NCBI GenBank assembly: GCA_013239625.1
Contig: MU054220.1
Location: forward strand, 4,895,328-4,959,327
DNA length: 64,000 bases
Reading direction: 5' to 3'
From: Lama guanicoe
Lineage: Eukaryota
The translations under genes and the position numbers were made by a program. Below, in pieces: positions 13,038-26,320 of this stretch. Position 1 is the first letter of the stretch, and each line of letters begins with the position of its first letter. The notes beneath the pieces were generated by a model. The model was not told the DNA's origin. It worked only from the letters and a program-made list of their open reading frames with translations, and ran no database searches.

Positions 13038-13516
13038 CTGGGAAATGAAAACATGTTAGGGACAAATGAGCTCGATTATCACATCTGCCCATGACTGTGT
13101 GTACTGGTGGCTTTAAGAATAGCTGGTCTTGTGTTAGCTAGGGTTAAGTTCTTTCTCTCGGTTTAATTTTTAAAGGTCTAATTTCATTTCATGCTTAGTG
13201 AAATAAATATAATAATCCAGCCTTGAAGGCTATAGAGGAAACTGACAGTTAAGATGTCTGAACTGGGCCGTTCCAAGTGTGCAGCCTTCAGTGTGGCTTC
13301 ACACCCATCCCACTTCCTCTGCTTCCTGCAAGAGCCGGCAATACCAAAGTTAATATGAAATGCTTCTGGCAGTACAATTCCACTGTGAAGGCTGACTGGA
13401 GCGTGGAGTAAAATATTGCCACATACCCAACAGAAACATTACACTTTGCAAACCTGAGGTACCCCCACAAAGACTTGGGCTACAATTTGGTAAGAACTGA
13501 GTTGGTAAACTCTTAC

Positions 13517-13776
13517 CCATTCTGTTGCTTCATCATCTTCGCTTCTGCAGTCTCCATAGCAGGAGCTTTTGGCCACTCCATCCTGGGGGCCTTTCTTCAG
13601 TACTCGTATCCCCTGCAAGTCCAGACGCCGTCCTTTCATCTCGAGTGCTCCCCCAAAGCCTTCCAGAGGCCATGCCTGTTGAAATTCATCCACCAAAGCC
13701 AGTATCTCTTCTGACATTTTTGTTTCATCTGAGTTCTCCATCTCATCAGAACCGTTGCTTTCCTCAACCACTGTAC
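13517..13776 (-). CDS. TTC17: TTC17 exon ~18 (260 nt) TVVEESNGSDEMENSDETKMSEEILALVDEFQQAWPLEGFGGALEMKGRRLDLQGIRVLKKGPQDGVAKSSCYGDCRSEDDEATEW
   Basis: aatctcag|GTACAGTG ... GAATGG|gtaaga. Confidence 0.96.
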
Positions 13777-14799
13777 CTGAGATTCAAGCACCAGCATGTC
13801 ATTAAAAATTACACAGAACTCACTGAAGTACTTGAGTGACTCCAACCTTGCTTTCTGAGAAAAGTTTTGGCTCTGCTTAGAGGCACTTCTGTAGCCCACC
13901 TTCATAAAAATGCCATTCAACATCTTCAAAATTCATAATAAAATGTCATCTTTGCCATCAACCTTTTGTAGAAACCCTGGCTGAGAACAATGACAGCAGC
14001 TAGATGGCAGGTAGTCGTAGATTATGTCACTAGTGAGCATGACGGTGGCTATTTCGTACGTGTATTTTTTGGAAAAAAAGACCAACTCACTCTAGATATA
14101 GGATATAGATGGCAAAGATGAAGTTTATTATGATATTTGTTTATTTATAGGATTCCTCAAGCTCTATTCAAATAGTATATGAAACGTCATAGCTGCATGT
14201 TCAGACCACACAGTCTAACTGCCTTAACTGAACAATGATTTGTTTAATGGAAAATTATCCTAACTCCACATGAAGGCCCCCATTTTCACTAATGGCTGAT
14301 ATAAGAACTAGCAATATACTAGTGTAATTTTTTCCTAAAATGGTAATCAGGATACTTATTATGTTGCTCATGTTTCTTATGTGAAGGCTCCCGGGATGTT
14401 TTTCAGTGCAATGACCTAGTAAAAATTCTCTCTCCTGAGAAGTCAGTATGTTTCCATTATTATACACTGAAGGTTACACAGTCCCACAAATTCCCCTATG
14501 TGCTTAACTAAAAAGCTGAGGGCAAAATTAGTCTGAGTTTCTTAAGAGAATGCTTTCCTTTTTTAAAAAGAATTCTTTGCTATTTAAACTTTTGCTATTT
14601 TGAATTAATGGTTGAATCTTGTAAGATGTGTTCCATGAAAGTGATCTCCAGTCCCTTTTGGAAGTATACAATGTACAAAAACAGCTAACAAAATGGAATG
14701 CCTCCTTTTGTAATACGCACTGGACAACCTCAGAGCTTGGGGCTGATTGTTCACAAAACGCCAGCCCATATTATCCCAGTTATCCCAATAATCTTAAAT

Positions 14800-14975
14800 T
14801 GGTTGTTCTAGCTTGTTCAGTGATTTAGAACATGGCATTAATGAGCCCAAGGTCAGGAATCTCATATCCATGTCACCAGGCCCATAGCCATAGTGAGTAA
14901 CCCATCTCAGAAATGCAGTTTTAGTTCCTGAGAAGGTCTGGGGTAAGAAATATGGCTGATTGCCATGGCTAAAAA
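14800..14975 (+). mobile_element. Ancient tRNA-derived SINE (MamSINE1-like)
   Basis: degenerate tRNA head ttgttcagtgatttagaacatggcattaatgagcccaaggtcagga. Confidence 0.5.
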
Positions 14976-17900
14976 CAACTTAGAGCTTGGAGCCCCTCTC
15001 ACAGAAGGTCTGCAGTGTCACCCTTAGCTCTCTGGTGGCATCTCTATTTCTCATCCCACTTTCTATTACAGAAAGTGGGAAGGTCTGTTGCCAGGCTGGG
15101 AGTACCACTAGAAATCTGTCATTCTTTCTTGAAAAAGCTATAGGGCTCTTCTGCTTGTTAACAAGTGACTACAAAATGTACTGCTGTCCTTTTGAGTAAG
15201 TTTCTTTTAGGTTTTCTGAACCCATCTACTGGTTTCTATTATTTATTATTATCATTCATGTTCTGAAACAAGCATAAAGTCAAATAGGGATCTGACAAAG
15301 GCTTTTTCCTTAGGATATGTAGAGTAAAAATGGTTGGTTACTTGCCAAAATTACGTGACCAGTATTATAAATGTAGGGTTGACAAAGAGTTCTAATTTTC
15401 AGTTTCTATCTTGTTTGCTACCGTATTCCAAATGTCCAACATTGCACCTGGCGCACAGCAGGCATAAATAGTTGTAGAATCAATTAATGGGAACTCGGGA
15501 ATAATTTGCTTTGCGAAGTCCTTGAGGATCTGCTGTTTCTGCCTTTGCCTTGTCCTGCTGGCAATTCGAAACTTTTTAAGTTCTAAAAAGTGTCATGTGT
15601 TAAAGTACTGACAACCCCGCCGAAAGGTAAGCAGCAGAAAGGCAGGCACCATGTCTGCAGCACAGTGCCTGGCACACCATGTGACTGACAGACTTCTCAG
15701 TAGCTGATCCAGGAAAGCAGCTGAAAGAACTACTTTAGAGAGCTCAAAAAGCAACTTAATTAGAATTGCCTGGCATCTGACTTGTAGCAACAGAGTCGTC
15801 TCTAAGTAGTACTCCTGTTATTTTAGCTTCCTCTCCTTCCTTCTCCCATGGCTACCATGGGATTCCTTGTACTTGGTCCTAAGACAGGAAAGTTTTTTGT
15901 TGATAGATTTGGCCATAGCCAAGAACATGGGCTTAAAGGAAAGTGGCTTTTGGTCAAAGGTGAGCTGCAGATAACTAATTCCCCAGTGTGCAATTAGAGC
16001 TGCATATGGATGCTGTGTATGGAAGCCTTATTTCCATTCAGTAACTACTACTATCTAGAAAGCATTCATGTCGTTTAGTTGCAAAGAGTTCTGCAAGCTC
16101 AGGTCCCAAAGGTTAATACTGCCCTGTGCCCTTACCATATGGTAATATATATCATTATTAAAAAGTTCTTAGAGAAAGAGTTTTTCATTGATGGAACTCA
16201 GTAGTCCATCAAGACAGACTTATGGAACTTGCTGCAGGCTTCTGCTGCTGGCAGCCATTCGGCCTCTTCAAAGGCTGCTGGGGTTGGGGTGATATTAATT
16301 CCCACAGAACACCACTAAATCAAGGTGAGGAATGGGGAAATCATAAATGTGCTATGAGTTAGGAAAAATAAACCAATCTTTATTTATTTAGAGACTGCTC
16401 TGCACTACATGCTATATAGGTGGCAATTCCAGAGGAATTAAAGATAACTAAGTTGGAGACACAAAACTACATACATTAAACAATGAGAGAACAGTTACAT
16501 TAAATTTTTTTTCCCTAAAGGAAAAACATAATTGAATATAGTCACAAAATGCTTCTTACAGGAAGGGAGACTACCTGAGGCAGGATTTAGACAGACTAGA
16601 GGTCCAGGGAGGGCACCCCCAAAATGACGGGACTAAAAAAACAGGCATGTAGATACTTACATATCCGTCTACATGCACACAGATACAGCATAAGGATGGG
16701 ATATGTGAAGGCACTACTAATTTCAAATTAACTAGAACAAAGACTGTATACAGAGGGTATCAGCAAATAAGATACTGAGGGAAGGTGGGTGACACTGAGA
16801 ATCTCTGAGAAAGTCAAGAGGAAGATTCACTATAAAGGAAGCCTCTAGTTAAGCAAAAGAGTAACAAGATGAGAGTCGTAACATTTATAAAGGGTAGAAC
16901 AGTAAATCAGTTGGTGTACTGGGGGTGGGGGCATGCAGGAAAGAAGGAAGACAGAGGACAAAGAGACTAATTAGAAAGGTATTTCAACAATCTCTATCAG
17001 AATTCTATAAAGAGAAGCTGACAGAGTAGCAGGAAAGGGGAATTTTAAAAAGGGAGGGAAAAGAGGTATATAAGGAAATTTCAATGAAGAAAAATTAATG
17101 GCATTTGGTAACTAAATGGATATAATGGCAAATAGAATAAATCCAAAGACGATTTCAAGATTTTAAAGCCTGATGTGAAATAGTGAGCTTTCCACTACGT
17201 GAAATTTTAGAATCTGTGAATATGAAACGATAATGCTATTTACGAAGATGATGGAATTAGGAGAGGACAATAGGGTAAAGTTTTGGGATTTCAGATGCTT
17301 ATTCATTAAACGCTTGTTATGTGCTTATAATATGCTGAGGGCTCAGAGTATAACAACTTGTAACAAGCTTATGGTCTAGGCTAGAATGGACGGAGGAATG
17401 TATCTTCAGATGCTGTCCAATAAGAAGCTGAAAATACAGAATTCAGGTTTGGAGAGAGGTCTGGACTATGGAGGGATCTCAGGTTTTAAATTATACTTGA
17501 AGCAGAAAGAAAAAGTAAATTTTAGGCTTGCTGCTTGTGGGGCAGATGGTATGATATACTGGAAACACAGACTGAGACCCGTATCTTAATTTATCTTTTT
17601 CAACATATACCATTTTCACACTGGACAAAGAAGGATAAATATTGTGAAGAGACTTATATGAGTTAATATTTTGTCACTTTGATGAATCCTATCTCAGGGT
17701 ACTGGGAAACTCACAGTGGAGTCTGAGCCCTGGGAGGTAATCTGGCAAGAATCGCAAGGACAAGAAGTGCTGAGAGGTGGAGAGAAGCGTATGCAGTTCT
17801 GATACAAAAAGAAAAAAAAAAAAAGAGAGAGAGAGAAAAGAAAGGAAAAAAGGAAGGAAAGAAAGTCCACTATAACCTTGCAATGTCCCAAGCACACCTG

Positions 17901-18884
17901 GAAATTCATGGGTAGGTCTGGAGACCTCAGTTTAAGAGATTTTCAAAGTGAAGCATGTTCATAGAAAAGGACTTGGTCAAAGTACTCAAAACCATGTTAA
18001 GTGAAGAAAGGCTGAAGAAATTAAGGGTGATTCCATAGCAGGAAGAGTAGCTGATAAACTGCGCATGCACACACAAACACAAATCAAGCCTTGAGTAATA
18101 TTTTGCTAGAAAGATTACTGTAATACTTCAAGGATGGTGAAGGGGCTAGAGACTATCATAAATAGGAGTTGTTGAAGGAAATGAGGACATTTCACTAAAG
18201 GAAGCAAAAGCTTGGAGGGGTGGCTAGGCAGAAACAATAATCATCTTCAGATCTCTAAGGAAATGTGACACTAATGAGAGACAAGACTTTGTTAGCCTCA
18301 GAGGGTGGGACTAGGAATGAGAAGTCATATTTTAACTCAGTATTAGGGAAGACTTATGAATGGTCAGAAAATGGAATGGGCTACCCAGGGACAGCCTGGG
18401 CTACTCAAGCTTGGAGCAGAAGCAGAAGCCAGACAATGTTGGGAACACGACTGAGTGGGAGAGGAACATTAAAAGGTGATTAAAAGAAGATGACTGCGTT
18501 TGATAAGATGCAATATTAATAATCTTGGAGGAAAGGTTTCAAAATGAGTTTTAGGGAACAGAGGCTGGAAAGAAATGCTACATTGAAAACTAAATAGATC
18601 GACAACAAAGAGGTAAAGATCACACATTCAAAGAGATGAGCAGCAAGACAAAGTCCTTTCTTCAAAGTCTGTACTCTCCTCCAGAAATTCTTATATGATA
18701 AATATCAACAGGTTTTACTATTAGACTGTGGTTTCTGAAGGCAAGAAGGCACATTCTACCTTTAAGAATATGTCTCTTTGTATCAAAAAATAGTATACAA
18801 TGGAATTAAATTAATTTGGTTGCAAATTAGGACCCCACCACCATAGGACCTTGGGCAATTTTGTCTTGAGTTCTAGTGTCTTCT

Positions 18885-19272
18885 TTGCAGCAACATGGAT
18901 GGACTTGGAGGGCATTATGTTAAATGAAATAACTCAGAGAAAGACAAATACTGTATGGTATCACTCGTGTGGAATCTAAAAAATACAACAAACTAGTAAA
19001 TATAACAAAAAAGAATCAAACTCACAGATCTAAGAACAAAACAGTGGTTACCAGTGGGGAAAGGGAAGGGGGCAGGGGCAAGACAAGGAAGGGGATTAAG
19101 AGGTACAAAATAATACGTATAAAATGAGCTCCAAGAATATATTGTACAACACGGGGAATATAGCCAATATTTTACAATAATTATAAATGGAGTATAATTT
19201 TTAAAAATTGTGAACCACTATACTGTATACTTGTAACATACCGTACAGCAACTATGCTTCAATTTAAAAAAA
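18885..19272 (+). mobile_element. L1 3' end, 5'-truncated
   Basis: tttgcagcaacatggatggacttggagggcattatg..gtggaatctaaaaaa..tattgtacaacacggggaatatagccaata; A-tail. Confidence 0.9.
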
Positions 19273-19714
19273 GGCAGTGGTATCTTTTTTGAAGTCAGAA
19301 TATAAAGCTTTGGACTTCAGGTTTTTAATGCATAAACAATGGCAAAAAATTTCAAGGCAGTAATCAGAAAGCAAAAAAGGCGTAGATTAAATCACTCAGA
19401 CTAAGGTGGGTACAGAAACGATTCACTTCTGAGAAGAAAACAACAATCATTGAGTATTGAGTTTTCACTTGCACCAATGGTGCTCTTCCTTCTTCTAAGT
19501 GGGTCAGGATAGGAAGAGAAAACAAAGAATTCCAAGAAGATAACATACAAAGTAAATAGGGAATTGTTCCTGTAATAACTCTTCTGCAAATACGTCAGGG
19601 CCCCCTTCACTGACGTTTACTGAGCAGATACTGTAAGGATGCACTTGTGGGGACTTTGGCTCACCAGCAGCCTCTCAATCTTGCAACAGTAGAGTCAAGG
19701 TTGTGTTTGTAGAG

Positions 19715-19965
19715 GTGAACATTTACTGAACTCCATTTGTGTATCAGGCACTAAAATACATGTTTCCCTAAGTTATTGCATTTAAATACTCAAGAACACG
19801 CTGAGGAATTTTCTGTTGTTTTTTTTTTAAAAAAATTTAAATTAATGAGGTAAGGAAGGCTCAACAAGATTAAGTAATTTGCCCAAAACTTAACAATAAG
19901 TAGATGGTGGAGCCAGGACATGACAACAATATCTCTGACTACAAAACCGATGCTCTTTCTTCAAT
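19715..19965 (-). mobile_element. MIR SINE
   Basis: catttactgaactcc; gattaagtaatttgcccaa..ggtggagccagga. Confidence 0.7.
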
Positions 19966-20015
19966 AGCTAAGTTTTCTCAGGGAGGAATTCTGGACTAGA
20001 TGATGAAGTATTAAA

Positions 20016-20355
20016 GTAGTGGTTTTTGAAATGTTAATCAGTGATGCGATTTCCACCAATTCTCACCAAAATGAGAAAAAAAAAAAGGCCACGTATCTAA
20101 AGTTATAATACACACACACACACACACACACACACTTAAGTCCAGATACACATTTGTTGGTACTGTTGGTAAAGATGCCAACTGTTCATTTTTGAGCAAG
20201 ACAGACCTTTACTCTAAGATTGCCTTTGTACTTTTTTGGCATTAAAACGTTTTATAAAATAATAGTAATAGCAGATGCTATTTTCTTTAAAAACGACCTT
20301 ACCAATTAAAAAATAAAGTTTTAATCTATCAAACCCCTATTTCTGAGAACCACAG
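20016..20355. mobile_element. hAT-Charlie-like MITE containing an (AC)n run at ~20110-20135
   Basis: ends tagtggtttttgaa / tctgagaaccaca; CA microsatellite inside. Confidence 0.5.
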
Positions 20356-21719
20356 GCAAATGACAATGTACGAAATCAGAAGACCTGAGGATGAGTTTTA
20401 GTTATATACCACCTACTGCAGGTGTTAGGCAAGGTACCTAACTTCTCAATTTTCTCATCTATAAGATGGGCTTAATAATAAAATCTATTTCACAAGGTTA
20501 ATACGTAATTCCTAACACCTTGTAAACTATAAAGCACCACAAAAGGCAGTGATTATCATAACAGTTTATGATTACTAAAGAGGATATAACTTTCTTTAAA
20601 TTCTCCTTCAAAAATAGAGTTTTCAAAACTTCTTTAATGTCTATACTTGACTTTTATTATAACGTACTATTTTCGTTAAAAAATAGAGTTCTTCTGACTC
20701 CTAACACACTACAGGAAGCCTGCTGGTAGAAACATGCTAACCTATACCACGACTGTAGTCCCTGTGGTCTTGCTGTCAGTGTCTAGAGGAAAGAAGATGG
20801 TACCCCCAGAATGTAGACATATGGTAAAGAAAAGTTAGTACCTGAGAGTAAAACTAGTAAGAGCCACCATCACACTATAATTAAATTAGCAACGTGAAAA
20901 GGAATCCACCCTAAGGGAGTCTGCATGATGCTGAAGGGATCCGACAGACACCTACTCCCAGCCAGGGCAATGGTACTGTACCCCAGTATGGAGATGGAAT
21001 GTAACTACATGGGAAACGGGGAACTAAAGAAATTTAATTTAAATACTAGGTAATAATCTGTCTCAAGCAGTGATGTATTCAGAAAGTGAAGAGATAAAGA
21101 ATAAGATTTTGGTTGGGTTTTATTATGAATTGTCCCAGGAAAAGACTTTAATTTGGTAGTCATGAGTATTCTGAGATATTGAGTCAGAGAGATTGTTATC
21201 ATGGCCTGGCTCCATCACCGACTAGTTGTTAAATTTTGGGCATTAGGTAGTTGTGTTAGAATAGGGACAGTTTTCATAAACTGGAAAAAAAATACCCCTT
21301 AACATTAGTCAGTTTCATGTGTTGATTCTAAGTTCATGAAACAACCTCATGATGTCCATTTGGTTGTGTGGGTACCTGACGCCAGAAAGAGACAAGAAGC
21401 TGCCAGGCACCACAGAGGAGTAACTCCATTATGAATGAACAACTGACCATCTAGATGAAAAATCAATCTCTTTTGAGTTGGTAAATGGGAAATTAATTTC
21501 CTTAAAGTCCATTGATTTCTGGTAGAACTATGAAACTAATTTTCTAAACTTGCAAAGGTAAAGGTCACAACTTCCCCTTTGATTCTAGCTTGCTTCTTTC
21601 AGATCTTGTTTTTTAGATACAATAATACTTAGAAGGAAACACAAGACTTTGTAACTGTTAAATATGTTAATCCAATCTTAACAGGGGGGCATCTCATTAT
21701 TTAATAAATATTAACTGTA

Positions 21720-22960
21720 CACAGGAATAGAAAGCTTTATATGGAACACAATATATAAGAAATTCACAGTCTGATATGATGTAAGACACACAAGGAATTC
21801 ATACTGTATAAAATGTGCCTTGACAAAAAGTAGGAACAAGACAGCAAATGGAGCAACTAAACACTTGGAGACCTTTGTGAATGAGGAGATGACATTTGAG
21901 CACAGGAGTTGTCTGATAAAGTGAAGAGTACGCAGGGGCCATCCCCAGCCTGGGTAAAGACATGCAGGCTCAGAGCAGCATGGCACTTGAGGGAAATAGT
22001 GAAAGGTTTGTACATCCTGCTGTGTAGAGACTAGTAGATGGTACAGTCAGAGACAGAATCAGAAGTCAAACCTCCTCACATCCTACATTAAGACATTTGG
22101 ACTCTTCTATAGATAACAGGGAGCTACTGAAAATTTTAAACATTGGCAACTTACCAGATCAGATCTGATTTTAGAATCAACTCTTTGGACACAGAAGAAA
22201 CTGGTAACAGGGGTTGCTTCTGCTTTTTAAATTGTACACTAATTTATATGCATTATCTTTCTCTCCCACACACACACACCCCCTTCCACCACCCTCCCTC
22301 CATACACAGACTGAAGTAAAGGACTAGATACAGGAAAGCGATCATGACGCTACTGCAACAGCCCAGGAAGAAATAAAGAAAGTCTGAATTTAGGCAGTGT
22401 CAGAGGGAACAGAGGAAGAGATGACAGATTTAACAGGCCTTAGGTATAACTGAATATAGTGACGCCTGGCAGAGTTTTGCTGTTAATAGGGAGCAGGAAT
22501 ATAGGAATTAGAAGCAGTTCTGGAAATAGGGCAAAATGAGGACAAGTTCAATTTTGGATATGTTAAATTTGAAGTGCCTGTGGCACATCCAGATAAAGAG
22601 ACACTAAACAAGTAGAAATAAGATCTGGAGTCACAGAGAACGTCTTGCTGAAAATACAGATTTAGAGTCACTGGTATACACCAAAGTATCAGAAACACCA
22701 AGAGATAACACATGGAGGAATAAGAAAAAAAAGACTTAGGTTAAGATCCTGGGTAAAAAAAAAATAAGGGGCAAAGTAAAGAATAAGTGAATGAAATTCA
22801 CTGAGGACAGGAAGAGAACCAAGAGCAAGTGATGTCACAGAAGCCAAGAGGAGAAGAAGAAAGTTTCAAGTGAAAGCTGTACACAGTTCCAAAGGCAGTG
22901 AAGTAGGATAAGTCCTAAAGAGAAGGCATTCATTGTGGCAATTACAAACTGATAATCGTA
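21720..22960 (-). mobile_element. L2 fragment
   Basis: aagttcaattttggatatgttaaatttgaagtgcctgtggcacatcca; gtgatgtcacagaagccaagagga. Confidence 0.75.
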
Positions 22961-23373
22961 ACTGTTCAGCAGAGCATAGTTCAAAATGTAGCCATAAATG
23001 GAATTTTAGGCAAGAGCCTGGTAGGTATGCCTATTATTCCAAATCTTCAAATTTTATTGGGTTAGTGTAAATACAACTTGCTTTTTTCCCCCAATGACTT
23101 AATAATGACATTCGGGAGACAGACTGGTAAGTGAATCAAATTTGTTCTAGCAAAAGAAGATGCTGAGCTGGAGAAAAAAGAAAGAAGTGCGAAGAGCACT
23201 TTCATGTTATAGCTCGTCTTCTGACTCACAATCTGAGGGTCATCATCATGATTCTACAATAAAATAAGTGACTGTTAGAAGGAGACAAACACTTAAGAGC
23301 AGAGAAAAGCCTAAGCTTAAAGCTTAAGAGCTGATTTTACCCCAGAAGCACAGCTCAGGTCAAATCAACTTAC

Positions 23374-23544
23374 TTTCAAGTCTAAGGACATCTGAGTCCC
23401 TCCCTGAATTCTCAACAGAGAGCACAGGGTCCTCCTCTGTTCCTGTCCCAGAGGGCTCTTCTTCAGCAGCATCCAGGGACTGTGAGTTGACAAAATATTT
23501 CTGTTTGTCATGGCTGTTGTCCAGGGTTTTCTCATGACAATTAC
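23374..23544 (-). CDS. TTC17: TTC17 probable cassette exon ~17 (171 nt) (G)NCHEKTLDNSHDKQKYFVNSQSLDAAEEEPSGTGTEEDPVLSVENSGRDSDVLRLE
   Basis: gtcattgag|GTAATTGT ... GAAA|gtaagt; phase 1/1, open in the TTC17 frame; resembles the 57-aa insert I recall in the longer (mouse-type) isoform. Confidence 0.87.
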
Positions 23545-25074
23545 CTCAATGACAAGAGACACAGACAGAGCACATTAGAAACATCTCTCTCGTGTTATCC
23601 CATAGCTCAAGGTCCCCAAGTATCAAGGGCCAAAAGGTGACTGTGTCTGTTTTTCTCCAGCAGAACATACAAAAATCAGTGAGCTGGAGTGCCCAAAGCT
23701 AGATCACTACTGTGATTTAAGACTTTGCACTGAAGTTCCAGTTTCACCTGCTAGGCTATTTTAAGAACCAAGTATTTGCAGGGAGATCTCATTCTCTTTA
23801 TAATAAATGATCGTGAAACACTTCTCTGCAAGTAAAAAAATCATAAATAAGTCGTTTTCCTCCTATTTGCCTTTAGAAGGTGAGAAATGACAGATTAGTA
23901 CCTGAGTAAGTCTGTAGACAGATGAATTATAGCAGAGAAACATACCATTTTCTTACATCATAGCTTAAAATGAAAGATATACCAAAAGGTAAAGGATTAT
24001 AAATTAAAAACCAAGGACTTAGAGGGGGATTTGGTGGTGGCAGAGAATCCACATTTAAGACTGTCAGGTCACAAAAGTACCTGTTTTTCTTTTGGAAAAC
24101 AAATTCTGATCATGTAATAAAGATTTAACTAAGTATAAAATGTCACATCTTGAATGTAAACATAGCACTCTGATAATTTCTGGTATGTGTGTATAGTAAG
24201 CCATGACCTCTTACTACAGTTCTGCCCAGGAGTTAAGGAGCTTTGACCTGACTAGGGATTGCATGTTTATAGGGATAAAGAGCCACTATCCAGCCCCACC
24301 TGATGGTCACTCTCTGGGCAGGGGAATGTGTTACTAGGCTGTTGTATCTGCTGTGGCAGGGATCTGGCTAGCTGAACAGGTTTCCTCTTCCTCTTTTCTG
24401 TTCCATGTGCACTGCTGCTGAAGATGCATGGTTTGTGGAAGCCTACATTCCTATTATAGGACAATTCTTTGGGTGAGAGTATGTAGGTAACTATTCTCCT
24501 TTATCACCACACTCAAACATGCTGTAAAATTTTTTTTTTTCCTTAAGAAAATGTTGTCTCAAAGAGACATATGTACCCAATCAAGCTATCTTTGCAGCAA
24601 TGGAAGCACAAAAAGTCTCTTTCTGGATCTGATGACTCCCTTTCAGATTCCGTAATTTAGGAAAGCACTTATCAAGCCAATTCCCTTATTGTGCCAAGAA
24701 AACGTAATGGACTCAAAACCTTTCTCAACTTACCAGTTTAGAGAAAGGAGACTGTACGCTTAGGGAGTCACTTCCCATCTTCCAGTTCTGCACTATCACA
24801 CATCTGAGGCTACCGTTTTCCACAAGGCTACGTCAGAAACTGAAGGTTCTGTTTCAAGAGAGCTTTAGCGCTCAAGAAACTTACAAGCAACTTGGGGAGA
24901 CAGTAAATACACGACAACAAACGATAATGAGGTAGCCTACTGTGTCAAATAAGTGCTTCAGAGAATAAGCTTTGAGTAGGTAGAATTTGAATTGTGAAGA
25001 ATACATAGGACTTGAAAACAGAGAACTTAAAAAGGAGGGACTACAAGGAAGGGAACCAATATTTCTTGAGTACT

Positions 25075-25235
25075 TCTGTAGTTTTTCTTTCACTTACCCC
25101 TCAAAAACACCCTGTGAAATATTAATTTTATAGATAAGGAAACTGAGTCTCAGTGAAATTAAATAACTTGCCTAAGGTCAAACAGTAAGTAAGTGGTAGA
25201 CTGGGGATATGGATCAGTTCTATTTTACTACAATG
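25075..25235 (-). mobile_element. MIR SINE
   Basis: ttttatagataaggaaactgagtctcagtgaaattaaataacttgcctaaggtca. Confidence 0.8.
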
Positions 25236-26320
25236 CTTCTTGGCTTTCTCCTAGTCAACAGGGGACCTCTTTAGCAGAAAGAGTAGAGAAGGCGGCATTT
25301 TAGGCAGGGAGGAATAGTGTGTTGAGCAAAGCAATGGGACCAGGACTCTTATTTGTGTCTGGGAGGCAATGAGAAGTACGATTTGATAGAGACAGAAGGC
25401 GTGGGGCCCTGGAGGCTAACAGGAAAGAAGCCATGAGCAACAGTAGTCACTTTCTTTCTCCAGATTCTCCTGAGAGGAAAGAAGTCACTGATTTTCCTCC
25501 ACTTCTGTCTTCACCATCTAGTACGTGCAGGTAAGTATGGGGAAACCAAGCATAAAAGTATTAAAATAAAACAGCAATGACAACAACCCACTCTTTACAT
25601 CCAACTGACTAAAATTTACTGTCTTAATTGGGATATAAATAAGTACAACAATTAAAAGCAGAGAGGAAACATGACAATGATACTGATAATCGGAAAACAT
25701 ATGCTACTCCTAATGAATATTCATTGCCTTCAGCTTTGGTGACTTTGCCTTGAAAGCATTTTTCATCTTGACACAGGTTGACTAAAGCAAAAGGACAAAC
25801 CTTTAACACTGGAAACAGGAAGATTCTCGCTGTGTTTTCTACAGTTGACCCATTCCTCCAACCTTTGCATCTCTCCCACCCTCTTCCCATTGTAAAAATT
25901 TAATTGGTTTCATCTTTTAAAATGTCTGTAATATTTAAAAATGCTTTACAGGTAATTTATAAGATGCCACGTGCAAAGGATCCTGAAGCTAAAATTAGTC
26001 CTCCTGTATGACCTCAAACCCAGACACCCTCTTGAAGCAAGCCTGTGTGTTCTAAGAATGTCTTGCCCTCCAACTCAGGAAACTGGGGGAATTAAAAGAA
26101 GAATAAGAAGTTTATGTTAGGGTATTTCTTGAAAGTAGGCAGAATCAAAATGATCAAGCAAAAAATAAAAAATAAAATAAAATGATCAAGTAAAAACTAC
26201 ACTGCTTTAACATTAGAACTGTTACTATTAATTTTCTTAGGCTGACAGTTAAAAACAGACTAGTATATTATTAGCACTCTGGTGAGATTTACATAATTAT
26301 CTAGGCTAACAATAGAAAGT

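Noticed and set aside
13475..13929. Overlapping ORFs around exon 18 (similarly 46385-46585, 48201-48434, 6092-6307)
   Set aside because: Off-frame or antisense shadows of TTC17 exons
23365..23562. 65-aa ORF MSLVIEVIVMRK...
   Set aside because: Wrong frame of the real 171-nt cassette exon
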